NCBI GenBank assembly: GCA_963669175.1
Contig: OY769902.1
Span: 512,001 to 576,000 of the forward strand
DNA from: a bacterium
GTDB taxonomy: Bacteria > Electryoneota > Electryoneia > Electryoneales > Electryoneaceae
Direction of reading: 5' to 3'
DNA length: 64,000 bases
Within the stretch, counting starts at the first letter, position 1. Each line of letters begins with the position of its first letter. Below are positions 40,965 to 51,143 of this stretch, one piece after another. The notes under the pieces are model-generated. The model had not been told where the DNA came from, made no database searches, and saw only the letters and a program-made list of their open reading frames with translations. The position numbers and the translations under genes were made by a program.

Positions 40965-42389
40965 ATGCAATCCACGGGCATTAAAGCACCGAACACATAC
41001 CTGGTTATTGGCGCACTGATTATTGTCATGGCGGCGTTGACCTGGATTGTGCCGGGCGGTGAATTCGAAAAGCAGGAAGTGGACGGCAAGCAGCGTGTCA
41101 TTCCCAACACTTTCGAGTTTAAGGACCGCAACCCGCAAGGCATCGGGGCGATTCTCGGCGCGCCGTTTGAGGGCTTTGTCGAGGCGGCGGATATCATTGT
41201 CTTTGTGCTGATTGTCGGGGGCGCTTTTTATGTCCTGCAGGGCACAAAAGCGATTGACGCCGGGATTCTCGCTGTGGCGCGCGCCCATGAACGCTCCCGC
41301 ACCGTTCGCCTGTTGCTGATCCCGATCTTCATGGTGATCTTTTCGCTGGGCGGGTCGGTGTATGGCATGGCGGAGGAGACGATCCCGTTTGTGCTGATCT
41401 TCATCCCGCTGGCGTTGGCGTTGGGCTATGACAGCATCGTTGGGATCGCGATTCCCTTTGTCGGTGCAGGCGCCGGATTCGCCGGAGCGTTTATTAATCC
41501 GTTTACCCTCGGCATCGCGCAGGGGATTTCAGGATTACCACCGCTTTCCGGGCTGGGCTATCGTGTCCTGGTCTGGATTATTACAACTTCTGTCGCGACG
41601 ATATTCATCATGCGTTATGCCGCACGGGTGAAAAAAAATCCCCGGCTCAGCCCCTGCTACGAGACTGACCAGGCGAAACGCAGCAATCTCGACATGAGTG
41701 AACTGGAATCCTTCTCCGGCATCAGCAATCGTCACAAGCTGGTCCTTGTCGGCTTCGGGCTGGCGATGGGTTTGCTGGTCTTCGGCGTGTTACAATACGG
41801 CTGGTACATCAAGGAAATCGCCGCGCTATTCCTCGCATCGGGGATAATAATCGGTGTTGTTGGCGGCTTGAAAGCTTCGCAAATCGTGGACAATTTCTCC
41901 CGTGGCGCGAAGGACTTGCTGGATACGGCGCTGTTGATCGGATTGGCGCGTGGGATTCTTGTAATCGCGCGTGATGGCCATATCATTGATACGTTGCTGA
42001 ACTTTTTCGCATCGCTGATCGATGGCCTGCCTGCGGTGGCGGCGGCGTGGATCATGTTCTTCACCCAGACTGCCATCAACTTTTTCGTACCCTCCGGCAG
42101 CGGACAGGCTGCGTTGACCATGCCAATCATGGCTCCCCTTGCGGATCTTGTCGGCGTGTCGCGTCAGACTGCTGTATTGGCTTATCAGTTCGGAGATGGA
42201 TTCTCCAACCTGATCATTCCCACCTCGGGGATTCTTGTTGGTATATTGGCGTTGGCGGGGATATCCTGGACAAAGTGGGCACGCTGGATGTTACCTTTGC
42301 AACTTATCCTGCTGGGTGTGGGCATGATGCTGCTGATCCCGCCATTCGTGTTTGACTGGGCGGACTGGGCGCGGTTATGGACGCCCTGA
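40965..42389 (+). CDS. YfcC-family (DcuC-like) transporter
   Basis: TWIVPGGEF, GMAEETI, GYDSIVG, NPFTLGIAQ, PSGSGQA, AYQFGDG. Confidence 0.88.
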   Translation: MQSTGIKAPNTYLVIGALIIVMAALTWIVPGGEFEKQEVDGKQRVIPNTFEFKDRNPQGIGAILGAPFEGFVEAADIIVFVLIVGGAFYVLQGTKAIDAGILAVARAHERSRTVRLLLIPIFMVIFSLGGSVYGMAEETIPFVLIFIPLALALGYDSIVGIAIPFVGAGAGFAGAFINPFTLGIAQGISGLPPLSGLGYRVLVWIITTSVATIFIMRYAARVKKNPRLSPCYETDQAKRSNLDMSELESFSGISNRHKLVLVGFGLAMGLLVFGVLQYGWYIKEIAALFLASGIIIGVVGGLKASQIVDNFSRGAKDLLDTALLIGLARGILVIARDGHIIDTLLNFFASLIDGLPAVAAAWIMFFTQTAINFFVPSGSGQAALTMPIMAPLADLVGVSRQTAVLAYQFGDGFSNLIIPTSGILVGILALAGISWTKWARWMLPLQLILLGVGMMLLIPPFVFDWADWARLWTP

Positions 42390-42425
42390 TGATGTAAGTC
42401 TGGACCAAGACGAAAGAAGCTTACG

Positions 42426-43628
42426 ATGACTGATACAACAAAACGACGCATTCTCTACATCTGCCGGAAGTGGCCGTACCCACCGCACGGTGGCGCGTTG
42501 ATGCGTAATTACAGCATGATCGAAACCCTGGGCAAGCTGTTCGATGTGGATGTGGTCTGCGCCGGGAATCGTGGCGACGAACAGCCTCCAGTCCAAGCAA
42601 TGACGATTATCCCTGACTATTCCCCCAAGATGAAATCAGCGTTGCGGAAGACGAACTATATCTATCGTCGCGTTCCCTATTTCCTGGCGGATGTTTACCC
42701 GAAACGAGTGTACAGGACCATCGCGGAACATCTTGCAACCGGCGTATATGACGCGGTCCATGTGTCCGAACTTGGCGCAGCAACCCTTTTGCCACACGAC
42801 AACACCACTCCTGTGGTATACGATTCCCACAATTATGAAGCGGGTTTATTGGCACGACGGGCGGAGAAAGAGAAATTCCCGCTGAATAAGCTGGTCAAGC
42901 GTGATGCGAAGCTGGTGCGACGCTTCGAGCGTGGATTGATCAAACGCTCTGCATTAACCCTCGCTGTCAGTGAGATGGATCTGGAAGACCTGGAAGACCT
43001 TGTGCCTGCCCGGAAAGACCGGATCTTTGTCGCAGATAACGCCATCGATACTCGATTGTATAAACCTTCCCAGGACGCAGAACCTGATCCGAATACCATC
43101 CTGATCACCGGGACACTGACCTGGCGCCCGAATATACAGGGGCTGGACTGGTTCATCGAGGATGTGCTGCCACGTTTGACGGAACTGGTGCCCGAGGCGA
43201 TGTTGCGTGTCGCGGGACGTATGGACGACGAAATGGAAGCACGATTGGCGGCGATTGATCATGTCCAACCGGTTCCCAACCCGCCGGATATGATTGTCGA
43301 GTTCGCAAAGGCATCGGTGGTGGCGATCCCGGTACTGGCGAGCAGTGGCACACGCTTCCGTATGCTGGAAGCCTGGGCGGCTGGACGTCCCCTGGTCACC
43401 ACCAAAGCGGGCGCCTTCGGCCTACCCGGCGATGAAGGGGTTCATTATCACGTGCAAGACTCAGGCAAAGGTTTCGCGGATGCGGTCGCGGGACTGCTGC
43501 GCGATCGTGACCACTGGAACGCAGTGCAGAAAGGTGGCTATGACATGATCAAGCTGTACGACTTCGATGCGCTGCAAGAGAAACTGGTTACGGCTTACCG
43601 TGTTTTATTTCCTGAACTGGAGCCTTAA
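42426..43628 (+). CDS. GT4 family glycosyltransferase
   Basis: WPYPPHGG, DSHNYE, PN..GL.WF, SGTRFRMLEAWAAG.P. Confidence 0.85.
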   Translation: MTDTTKRRILYICRKWPYPPHGGALMRNYSMIETLGKLFDVDVVCAGNRGDEQPPVQAMTIIPDYSPKMKSALRKTNYIYRRVPYFLADVYPKRVYRTIAEHLATGVYDAVHVSELGAATLLPHDNTTPVVYDSHNYEAGLLARRAEKEKFPLNKLVKRDAKLVRRFERGLIKRSALTLAVSEMDLEDLEDLVPARKDRIFVADNAIDTRLYKPSQDAEPDPNTILITGTLTWRPNIQGLDWFIEDVLPRLTELVPEAMLRVAGRMDDEMEARLAAIDHVQPVPNPPDMIVEFAKASVVAIPVLASSGTRFRMLEAWAAGRPLVTTKAGAFGLPGDEGVHYHVQDSGKGFADAVAGLLRDRDHWNAVQKGGYDMIKLYDFDALQEKLVTAYRVLFPELEP

Positions 43629-43944
43629 TGAAGTGCTTTGCCTAAAAAACATAACTACTTGTTTCACGCAAAGACGCAAAGGCGCTAAGAAGTAAAAAAA
43701 GCAAAGAAGGTAAAAAAGGTAAAGAAAGTAACTGGTGCGCCAACCGGTGTATGATTGACCAGGCTTTCTCTACTATCCTACATATACGCCATTTCACCGG
43801 AAAAACAAAAAACTTGTTTCACGCAAAGCCCCCCGACTACAGCATTCGGGAGCAGGCTACAAGACGCAAAGAAAGAAAAAGAAAAGAAGGTAAAAATTGA
43901 AGAAAGTAAAATAGTGGTCATAAATAGAGTTATCGTAAAGAGAA

Positions 43945-43980
43945 ACAAAGGGACTGACCTCCGAAGGCCAGTCCCTTTGT
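43945..43980. terminator. Hairpin between convergent GT4 and deaD genes
   Basis: acaaagggactg...cagtccctttgt. Confidence 0.6.
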
Positions 43981-43991
43981 ATTTACGGTTG

Positions 43992-44314
43992 CTCACAAGA
44001 ATTTGTGCATATTATCGACGAGCACGTTTCGTCAGGTCTTGACGTGATGCCTTTTTCTTGTTTTTCTCAGTAATTTCAGACATCTGTCCGACTTCACACC
44101 TGCTATTTCGCATGATAGATCGTCATCAGGCATCACGTTGTGACCTGACGACAGCGAGAGTGCTGATACAGGTGGCAGGTCACAACGCGACAAGTACAGT
44201 ACGAGAGGTGGTTTCAGTATCATCTTGTATTCGGGAAAACATCGCGAAAGCCGAAAACGGAATGTCGCGTCAAGACCTGCCACAACTTTGCCCGGATGCA
44301 CAAATTCTTGTGAG
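43992..44314 (-). mobile_element. 322-bp MITE-like element, copy 2 (inverted)
   Basis: 19-bp TIR ctcacaagaatttgtgcat / atgcacaaattcttgtgag; reverse complement of 46930-47251. Confidence 0.78.
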
Positions 44315-44450
44315 AAACCATATTTACAAATATAAAAATGTCGTTATCCTTTACATCCTTACCATCCTTTTCATCCTGTAAATTCAATAATTCCTTATCC
44401 TTGATATCCTTCTATCCTATTATCCTGTGAGTCAGATCCTGCGAGTCCCA

Positions 44451-46253
44451 TCAGGCAGCTTTGAATTTACGTCCGCGTTGGCTTCCGGCAGCTTTATCCT
44501 TGCGTTTGCCGGCATCACGTTTTGGTTTGCCGCGGTCCTTGTTACCGCGTCTGTTTTCCTCGGTGATCAGCAACGGCCGTCCGGCAACCATGACCCGTTT
44601 CAGGTCGTGCAGGATTTCCGGCGGCATGCCTTCCGGGAGATCTACCAGGCTGAAGTCATCACGGATTGCGATCTTGCCGATATACTGCCCATCCAACCCG
44701 GACTCGTTTGCGATAGCGCCCAGGATGTTCCCGGCTTTCACCCCATGCGAGCTGCCAACTTCTACACGGTAAGACTGCATCGGGAAATCATAGCTGCGAT
44801 CCTGCTTGCCCTTGGAACGGGAGCGTCCGGATTCATTCCGGTCCCGTTTTTCCTTGTTGTAAGGCCGGTCGGAGTCGAACTCGTCACGCTCGCGTTTGGC
44901 TCTGGATTCGCGAACAGGTTTGCTTTCCGGCTTCAACAAGGGTTGTATATCATGGAAAACACGAATCGCTGCTGCCGCAATCTGCATCGGGTCCAGGTAG
45001 GTCTCGTGCTGCAATTCATACGCGATCTTGGCAAAATCGCCGAGGTCAGCCGCTTCTGCAGCCGCGACAACCTTCTCCTTGAAATCGGCAATCCGTCGGC
45101 GATTGATCTCTGCCGGTCCCGGCATGATATAAGGCTCAATTTCCTGGCGTGTCGCACGTTCGATCACATGGATCATATTACGTTCGCGCCGTGAAATAAA
45201 GAGAATCGCCTCGCCGTTACGTCCCGCGCGACCAGTTCTTCCGACACGATGGATATAGGCTTCCGCATCGTGAGGAACATCATAGTTGATGACATGGCTG
45301 ATACGGTCTACATCCAGCCCACGCGCTGCGACATCGGTCGCCACGAGAATATGAATACGTCCGGCTTTCAGGCTCTCGATGGTGCGTTCACGCAAGTGCT
45401 GCGGGATGTCCCCGTTCAGGGGTGCGGCGTTGAACCCACGATTGGCCAACTCCTCCGCAATTTCGACTGTAGCCGCACGGGTCCGTGCAAATACGATCAC
45501 ACCGTCATACGGTTCCGATTCCAGGATTCGGGTCAAGGCGTCCATTTTATGGATACCGTTGATCATCCAGAAACGCTGGTGAATGGTCGCGGCGGTTGTG
45601 GTTTCAGTCTTGACCGTGATTTCCTGCGGATCATTCATGAACTTGGTTGCAATGGCACGAATTGCCGGGGAAATGGTCGCGGAAAACAGGGTGGTATGCC
45701 GTTCCGCCGGGGTACGTTCCAGGATCCATTCCACATCTTCCTGGAAGCCCATGTTCAACATTTCATCAGCTTCATCCAGAACGATGCTGGTAAGATCATC
45801 CAGGTTCAGGGTGTGCCGACGCATATGATCCATGATACGGCCAGGTGTACCGACGACAATCTGTACACCCTTTTTCAGCTCACGTGTCTGAGTACGAATA
45901 TCCGCGCCGCCATAAACCGGCAGCACACGTACGCCTTTCATGAATTCAGCGAATTGTTCAAAGGCTTCCGCCAATTGAATCGCCAGTTCACGAGTTGGAG
46001 TAAGGACAAAAACTTGCGGGGTCCGCTTGCTGACGTCAAGGTAATTCAACAACGGCAACGCAAAGGCAGCGGTTTTCCCGGTTCCGGTCTGGGCCTGCCC
46101 GAAGATATCCTGCCCGGCAAGCATGGGCAGTATGGTTTGAGCCTGAATGCTGGTAGGGGTTTCATAACCCAACTTTTCGATTGCACGCAGCAATTCCGGT
46201 CTCAGTCCCAGGTGGCTAAACCCGGACTGAACGGAAGTCGATCCGTCCGACAT
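44451..46253 (-). CDS. deaD: Cold-shock DEAD-box RNA helicase with DbpA-type RNA-binding C-terminal domain
   Basis: AQTGTGKT, PTRELA, DEAD, SAT, HRVGRTGRAG; YRVEVG..HG...GNI.GAIANE; ggag SD before ATG 46253. Confidence 0.93.
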   Translation of the reverse strand: MSDGSTSVQSGFSHLGLRPELLRAIEKLGYETPTSIQAQTILPMLAGQDIFGQAQTGTGKTAAFALPLLNYLDVSKRTPQVFVLTPTRELAIQLAEAFEQFAEFMKGVRVLPVYGGADIRTQTRELKKGVQIVVGTPGRIMDHMRRHTLNLDDLTSIVLDEADEMLNMGFQEDVEWILERTPAERHTTLFSATISPAIRAIATKFMNDPQEITVKTETTTAATIHQRFWMINGIHKMDALTRILESEPYDGVIVFARTRAATVEIAEELANRGFNAAPLNGDIPQHLRERTIESLKAGRIHILVATDVAARGLDVDRISHVINYDVPHDAEAYIHRVGRTGRAGRNGEAILFISRRERNMIHVIERATRQEIEPYIMPGPAEINRRRIADFKEKVVAAAEAADLGDFAKIAYELQHETYLDPMQIAAAAIRVFHDIQPLLKPESKPVRESRAKRERDEFDSDRPYNKEKRDRNESGRSRSKGKQDRSYDFPMQSYRVEVGSSHGVKAGNILGAIANESGLDGQYIGKIAIRDDFSLVDLPEGMPPEILHDLKRVMVAGRPLLITEENRRGNKDRGKPKRDAGKRKDKAAGSQRGRKFKAA

Positions 46254-46550
46254 GGTACTTCTCCAGTTATGGGACAGCGCTATCAGCGCTGATGAAGGTA
46301 TCTTCTTACCGATACCTGTTATTCCATGCTTCCCATAACGTGCTTCACATGCCACATGTCGTGGATCAGGCAATGCTTTCAGTTGAGGATGTGAACCAGG
46401 TGCTCGAGGACGGCTGCTGCCGTAGAGCGGGTGAACAACTCAACACAAAATTACTATGGGGTCGATGGAACTTGTTCCGCGTTTACTTGACACGGAAGTT
46501 CAGCGACAAGTGTACGGCATTTCTTCGCTGGAACCTACAGCTATGTTTCG
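46254..46550 (-). promoter_or_regulatory. Putative long structured 5' leader of deaD
   Basis: Stem gttatggga/tcccataac enclosing two hairpins immediately upstream of the SD. Confidence 0.45.
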
Positions 46551-46611
46551 GAAAGAGAGCCCGTTTATGCTCTTTAGTTTGAACGGCCTACGGAGTAGAT
46601 CCCCGCCTGCC

Positions 46612-46830
46612 AGACTGTATCAGAATAGAAAACACTCTCATCCCAGCGAAGGCTAGGATCCAGGCAAATATCGACAAAATAACAACTTGGACACTTGAAC
46701 GGCTCTCAATGTACCGTGTATCTTGACAACACTTAACCTCTTGTAATATCGCAACCTGACTGGATCCCAGCCTTCGCTGGGATGAGAGCATCAGTGATTC
46801 TGAGACACCTTGCTGCGCTGGGGATGACAT
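46612..46830 (+). repeat. Family H REPIN-like element (ctcatccc..ggatcc arms)
   Basis: Inverted homolog at 49581-49826 including the core. Confidence 0.82.
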
Positions 46831-46929
46831 GCTAGGACACTTTCCAGAAATCAGTCCAGATCTTTTAGCATTGAAAGCCTTTTCATCCTTGATATCCTTA
46901 TCATCCTGTATTTCTAATAAAAATGGTTC

Positions 46930-47251
46930 CTCACAAGAATTTGTGCATCCGGGCAAAGTTGTGGCAGGTCTTGACGCGACTTTCCGTTTTCGGCTTTCGC
47001 GATGTTTTCCCGAATACACGATGATACTTAAACCACCTCTCGTCCTGTTATTGTCGCGTTGTGACCTGCCACCGGTATCAGCTCTCTCGCTGTCGTCAGG
47101 TCACAATGTGATGCCTGAGACGATCTATCATGCGAAATAGCAGCTGTGAAGTCGGACAGGTGTCTGAAATTGCGGAGAAGAACAAGAAAAAGGCATCACG
47201 TCAAGACCTGACGAAACGTGCTCGTCGATAATATGCACAAATTCTTGTGAG
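46930..47251 (+). mobile_element. 322-bp MITE-like element, copy 3
   Basis: Perfect 19-bp TIRs; no ORF with a transposase motif. Confidence 0.78.
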
Positions 47252-47264
47252 CAGCCATAAAAAA

Positions 47265-47572
47265 TTCATCTTTGATATCCTTCTATCCTATTATCCTGTT
47301 AGGTAAAATCCCGACTTGCTTTCGAGAGTAGCGTAACGTGCAAGATTTCATTCATAGCATTCTTTGTTTGGCGTGGCAGATCATCACAGGCAAATCGGGC
47401 CATACCTCGCGTCCAGTTATCAAGTTGCAAAGTTGCAAAGTTAATTAAATGAAAATCGTAATCACATCCGTCATTTTCCTTGATTCACATCCTGTACATC
47501 TGTAATTATCTTGTCAATCCTGTAAATAAATCAGTTCATCCTTGATATCCTTTTATCCTATCATCCTGTGAG
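47265..47572. repeat. Family A runs (AGGAT on minus strand), 92-bp-family element (47310-47399), aagttgc heptamers
   Basis: Direct comparison. Confidence 0.8.
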
Positions 47573-47589
47573 GCAATATTCTGTGGGGG

Positions 47590-48777
47590 TTAAGCTTCAT
47601 CCCTGTACTTTTCTGCAATGCCTTTTTTCTGCACATACTCCCGAATTTCCGCCCAACTGACTGGCACCGCTCGTCCCGCACGAAACTGTTCGTTTAACTT
47701 TTCGTAGAGCACTTCCACATCCGGATCTTCTGTGTCGATATGCACATCCGCGTTGTTCCGGTGGATCAGGTGCAGCAATCCAGCCTTCCCGGAAAGCGAA
47801 GTCAAGAGCGGTTCAATCGGATAGCCACTCACTTTCCCGGGATGGAAGGGCAGCAGGTGTTCCTTCATATCCATGTCATCCGGGGAGGTCTCGGCGGGAA
47901 GCTCCCAGGCACGCGCGCCGAGTCCGGGACGGTATTCATCACGACGCTTCCCCGGGGTTATCAGCGCCTCTTTCAGCTTGATCAGTTGCCGCAAGTCCAG
48001 TGGCTTGTCGACCATATGCATCAGCGCCAGTTCGGTCGGAGCCCACCCGGTCCCCTGCCCCAACCCGAACAGGCTGCAAACCGGCTCAGCGTGGGCACGT
48101 ACCCCGGAAAGCGTATTGGGGAGCGCCATGCCCAACAGGTCCGATCCCTGCACCGAGATTCGATCCGCCGCGATCCCGAATTCTTTCTCGAACCAGCGAA
48201 TCCATGCTGCGAGTGAATGTGGCAAACGTCCACCCGACAACGGATCGCCAAGCCCGGTGGAATCCACCAGCCGCCAGCGTGGAGTACGGTTGCGAACTTC
48301 CAGCACATGCAGCACACGATCCACTATCGCCGCCACATCACCAGGCTCCGCACGGCAGATATCGGTGAGAGCGATCTCCATATCGAGCCCGTGTAACGCA
48401 GCCGTATCCGCCTGACGTGCGGCGAATTCGGGAGTACGGTCAATGCCATGTGAGGCAAATCGCTGTTGCGCGTATGTCCGGCTCGCAGGAATCTCGAACA
48501 CGACTTCCCGCACTCCCAATTCCGCACATCTCTGGAAACGGTCGCTACGGGGTTCCAATCGAACCAACTGTTTAACCTGTCCCCCAGCCGCCACTTCCTG
48601 TATCGCTTGCAGGATTATCAGGTCGTCAGGATGGTCCACGTAGCACTCAACTCGTACGTCGCTTTTGTGAACCTTGGCCCAACGCGCCAGGGTTCGCACC
48701 ACCCGTTTTTGCCCCTCAACCACTACCGGGGCTCCGCCCCAGCGTCCCAGAGTCAAACTTATCTCGGTCCATCTCAT
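47590..48777 (-). CDS. DRE-TIM (Re-citrate synthase / LeuA-like) homolog with degenerate active-site motifs
   Basis: DSTGLG.P...RLPHSL, CSLFGLGQGTGWAPTE, SGKAG..., but QGSD in place of HxHND; start placed at the ATG after a gacagga SD-like sequence. Confidence 0.6.
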   Translation of the reverse strand: MRWTEISLTLGRWGGAPVVVEGQKRVVRTLARWAKVHKSDVRVECYVDHPDDLIILQAIQEVAAGGQVKQLVRLEPRSDRFQRCAELGVREVVFEIPASRTYAQQRFASHGIDRTPEFAARQADTAALHGLDMEIALTDICRAEPGDVAAIVDRVLHVLEVRNRTPRWRLVDSTGLGDPLSGGRLPHSLAAWIRWFEKEFGIAADRISVQGSDLLGMALPNTLSGVRAHAEPVCSLFGLGQGTGWAPTELALMHMVDKPLDLRQLIKLKEALITPGKRRDEYRPGLGARAWELPAETSPDDMDMKEHLLPFHPGKVSGYPIEPLLTSLSGKAGLLHLIHRNNADVHIDTEDPDVEVLYEKLNEQFRAGRAVPVSWAEIREYVQKKGIAEKYRDEA

Positions 48778-48864
48778 GGAAATTGTCCTGTCGCTTGCAT
48801 GTTCGAGTGAATCTACAGCATTTTTGCTGCGAAACCGAACACAACCTGATAAGGGAGACCGGTC

Positions 48865-49446
48865 ATGGATCTGACGGCAGCCATTACAACTCGTTTGGAA
48901 GAACATATTGCAACGGCGCAACGGATGCACGACATCCTGCCCGATGTAGAGCAGGCTGTGGAGCTGGTGGCGGAAACCTTCCGTAATGGCGGCAAAATCC
49001 TGCTGGCCGGTAATGGAGGCAGCGCGGCCGACGCCCAGCACTGGGCCGCGGAATGGGTCATCCGTTTGACGCATCACCTTGACCGTCCCTCCATGCCCGC
49101 CATCGCCCTGTCCACGGATACCTCCATTCTTACCGCAGGCGCCAACGATATCGGCTATGAAAACGTATTCGCACGCCAAGTGGAAGGATTGGGACGCGAA
49201 GGCGACCTGCTGATTGCGATAACCACGTCCGGCAACTCCGGCAACCTCGTCCTTGCAGCTCAAATGGCGAAAAAGAAGGGCACAAAGGTACTGGGCATCC
49301 TCGGTTGTGGTGGCGGGAAGATGAAACCTCTTTGCGATCATGCCGTGATTATTCCTTCTTCCAATACCCAGATTATACAGGAACTGCAGGAATTTGTCGG
49401 GCATATGATGTGCGAATTGAGCGAGCTGGAATTGTATGACAAGTGA
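48865..49446 (+). CDS. gmhA: D-sedoheptulose 7-phosphate isomerase
   Basis: GNGGSAADAQH..AE, AIALSTD, ND.GY..VF.RQ, TSGNS, IQE. Confidence 0.92.
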   Translation: MDLTAAITTRLEEHIATAQRMHDILPDVEQAVELVAETFRNGGKILLAGNGGSAADAQHWAAEWVIRLTHHLDRPSMPAIALSTDTSILTAGANDIGYENVFARQVEGLGREGDLLIAITTSGNSGNLVLAAQMAKKKGTKVLGILGCGGGKMKPLCDHAVIIPSSNTQIIQELQEFVGHMMCELSELELYDK

Positions 49447-49580
49447 TCGGAAGAACTCTGTTGGATGAGATTCAATTGATGATCCCTGACTGTTATTCTA
49501 TATCAAAACAGGCGACACTCTCGTCCCAGTGTTTGCTGGCTCTATCGGAATCACCGAGCTCTCATCTCAGTAAAGCATAC

Positions 49581-49826
49581 TGTCTCAGAATCACTGATGC
49601 TCTCATCCCGGCGAACCGAAGCGAAGCGTAGCATGCGGTGTGCGAAGCAATGCCGTGAACAAAGGCTGGGATCCAGTCATATTGCGATATTACAAGAAGT
49701 TAAGAATTCTCAAGAGACGCTGTGCATTGAGAGCTGTTTGTGCGCGCAACTTTTTGTATTGTCGATACTTGCCTGGATCCCCACCTGCGTGGGGATGAAA
49801 GTGTAGCCGATTCTGATATAGCCCGG
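49581..49826 (-). repeat. Family H REPIN-like element, inverted copy with an extra insertion
   Basis: Reverse complement aligns with 46612-46807. Confidence 0.8.
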
Positions 49827-50039
49827 AAGGTTTGGATGAAAAAGTAGCAATCCCATTTTTCGCCGCCATTCTCTCATCCTTACACAATCTGCTGCGCAGG
49901 GACGCGGGCCATAAGAATGGCTACTTCCTGTAGCACGTTGCCTTATTGACAACCTGTCTCAATACGACCTTCTGCCTGTTGCCCCACGTGCAGGATTGCG
50001 TATCTTTCAGGATTCAGGCAAGGATACAACAGGTGTGTC

Positions 50040-51068
50040 ATGCAGATTCAGAAAATATCCTATGTAATACCCTGTTACAACGAAGAGGAAACGATTGGCG
50101 AAATGCACCGCAGGTTGGTTGCTATCGCTGACCGGATGACCGAGTATGAGTTCGAATGGGTATTTATCAATGACGGCAGCCGTGACAAGACACCACAGCT
50201 CCTCGATGCCCTGGCCGCAGAGGACACCCGTGTAAAAGCCCTTCACCTTGCCGCAAACCGTGGACACCAGATCGCCTTGTCCGCCGGCCTGGATTACGCC
50301 AGCGGTGACATGGTTATTACGATTGATGCCGACCTGCAGGATCCTCCCGAGCTGGTTGACCAGTTTATCGAGAAAATCCGGGAAGGGTACGACCTGGTTC
50401 ACGCCAGACGTAAAAAACGCGCGGGTGAAACCGGGTTCAAACTGATCACCGCCAAGATGTTTTACGTCTTCATCAAGAAGATGTCGAACACGCCCATATA
50501 TGAAGATGTCGGCGATTTTCGAGCGTTTACCCGTGAAGTGCTGAATGCAGTCCGGGCATTCCGTGAACCGCACCGTTTCCTGCGCGGCATGTTTGCCTAC
50601 CTGGGGTTCTGTCAGACTACACTGGATTATGCCCGTGACGCTCGCTTCGCCGGAGAAACCAAGTACCCCTTGCGAAAGATGGTGAAGTTCGCACTTGACG
50701 CTGTGGTCAGTTTCTCCACCGTTCCCTTGAAATCCCTGATCTGGTTGTCGATCGGACTGTGGTTATTCAGCCTGGTGTATCTTGCCATATCGCTCTATGC
50801 CCATTTCGTCCTGCACATGACGGTTCCCGGGTGGACATCGGTTATTATCCTGCTAACGTTCTTCTCGTCACTGAACCTGTTTTCGCTGGCGATTATCGGC
50901 ACCTATGTTGGACGAATCTACGAACAAGGCCAGAACCGACCCCTGTACTGGCTTTCTGCAGCACGAAACATCAGCCTGAAAGAGGGAAATGACAACCCGC
51001 TTCCCTCACGTGAAATGACCTTGTCTACTCATACTGCTCACGGAACGAAAAACGGTACAGACCACTAA
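50040..51068 (+). CDS. GT2 polyprenyl-phosphate glycosyltransferase (GtrB/YkoT-like)
   Basis: IPCYNEE, NDGS.D, DADLQDPP, GDFR, R.AGETKY, two C-terminal TM helices, YVGRIY. Confidence 0.9.
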   Translation: MQIQKISYVIPCYNEEETIGEMHRRLVAIADRMTEYEFEWVFINDGSRDKTPQLLDALAAEDTRVKALHLAANRGHQIALSAGLDYASGDMVITIDADLQDPPELVDQFIEKIREGYDLVHARRKKRAGETGFKLITAKMFYVFIKKMSNTPIYEDVGDFRAFTREVLNAVRAFREPHRFLRGMFAYLGFCQTTLDYARDARFAGETKYPLRKMVKFALDAVVSFSTVPLKSLIWLSIGLWLFSLVYLAISLYAHFVLHMTVPGWTSVIILLTFFSSLNLFSLAIIGTYVGRIYEQGQNRPLYWLSAARNISLKEGNDNPLPSREMTLSTHTAHGTKNGTDH

Positions 51069-51143
51069 GGGCCAGTCCCTGTTTTTCGTCGATAATAAAC
51101 TCGTGGATAATCTGTTCGGAAATAGTTTACAGGAAAGGCAACG

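Noticed and set aside
43755-44381. Small ORFs within the 322-bp element and other repeats as transposase or peptide genes
   Set aside because: No DDE or HUH motifs, and the frames are not preserved between copies
48778-49404. N-terminal 209 aa of the 604-aa minus-strand ORF
   Set aside because: It is the antisense shadow of gmhA; the plausible protein starts at 48777
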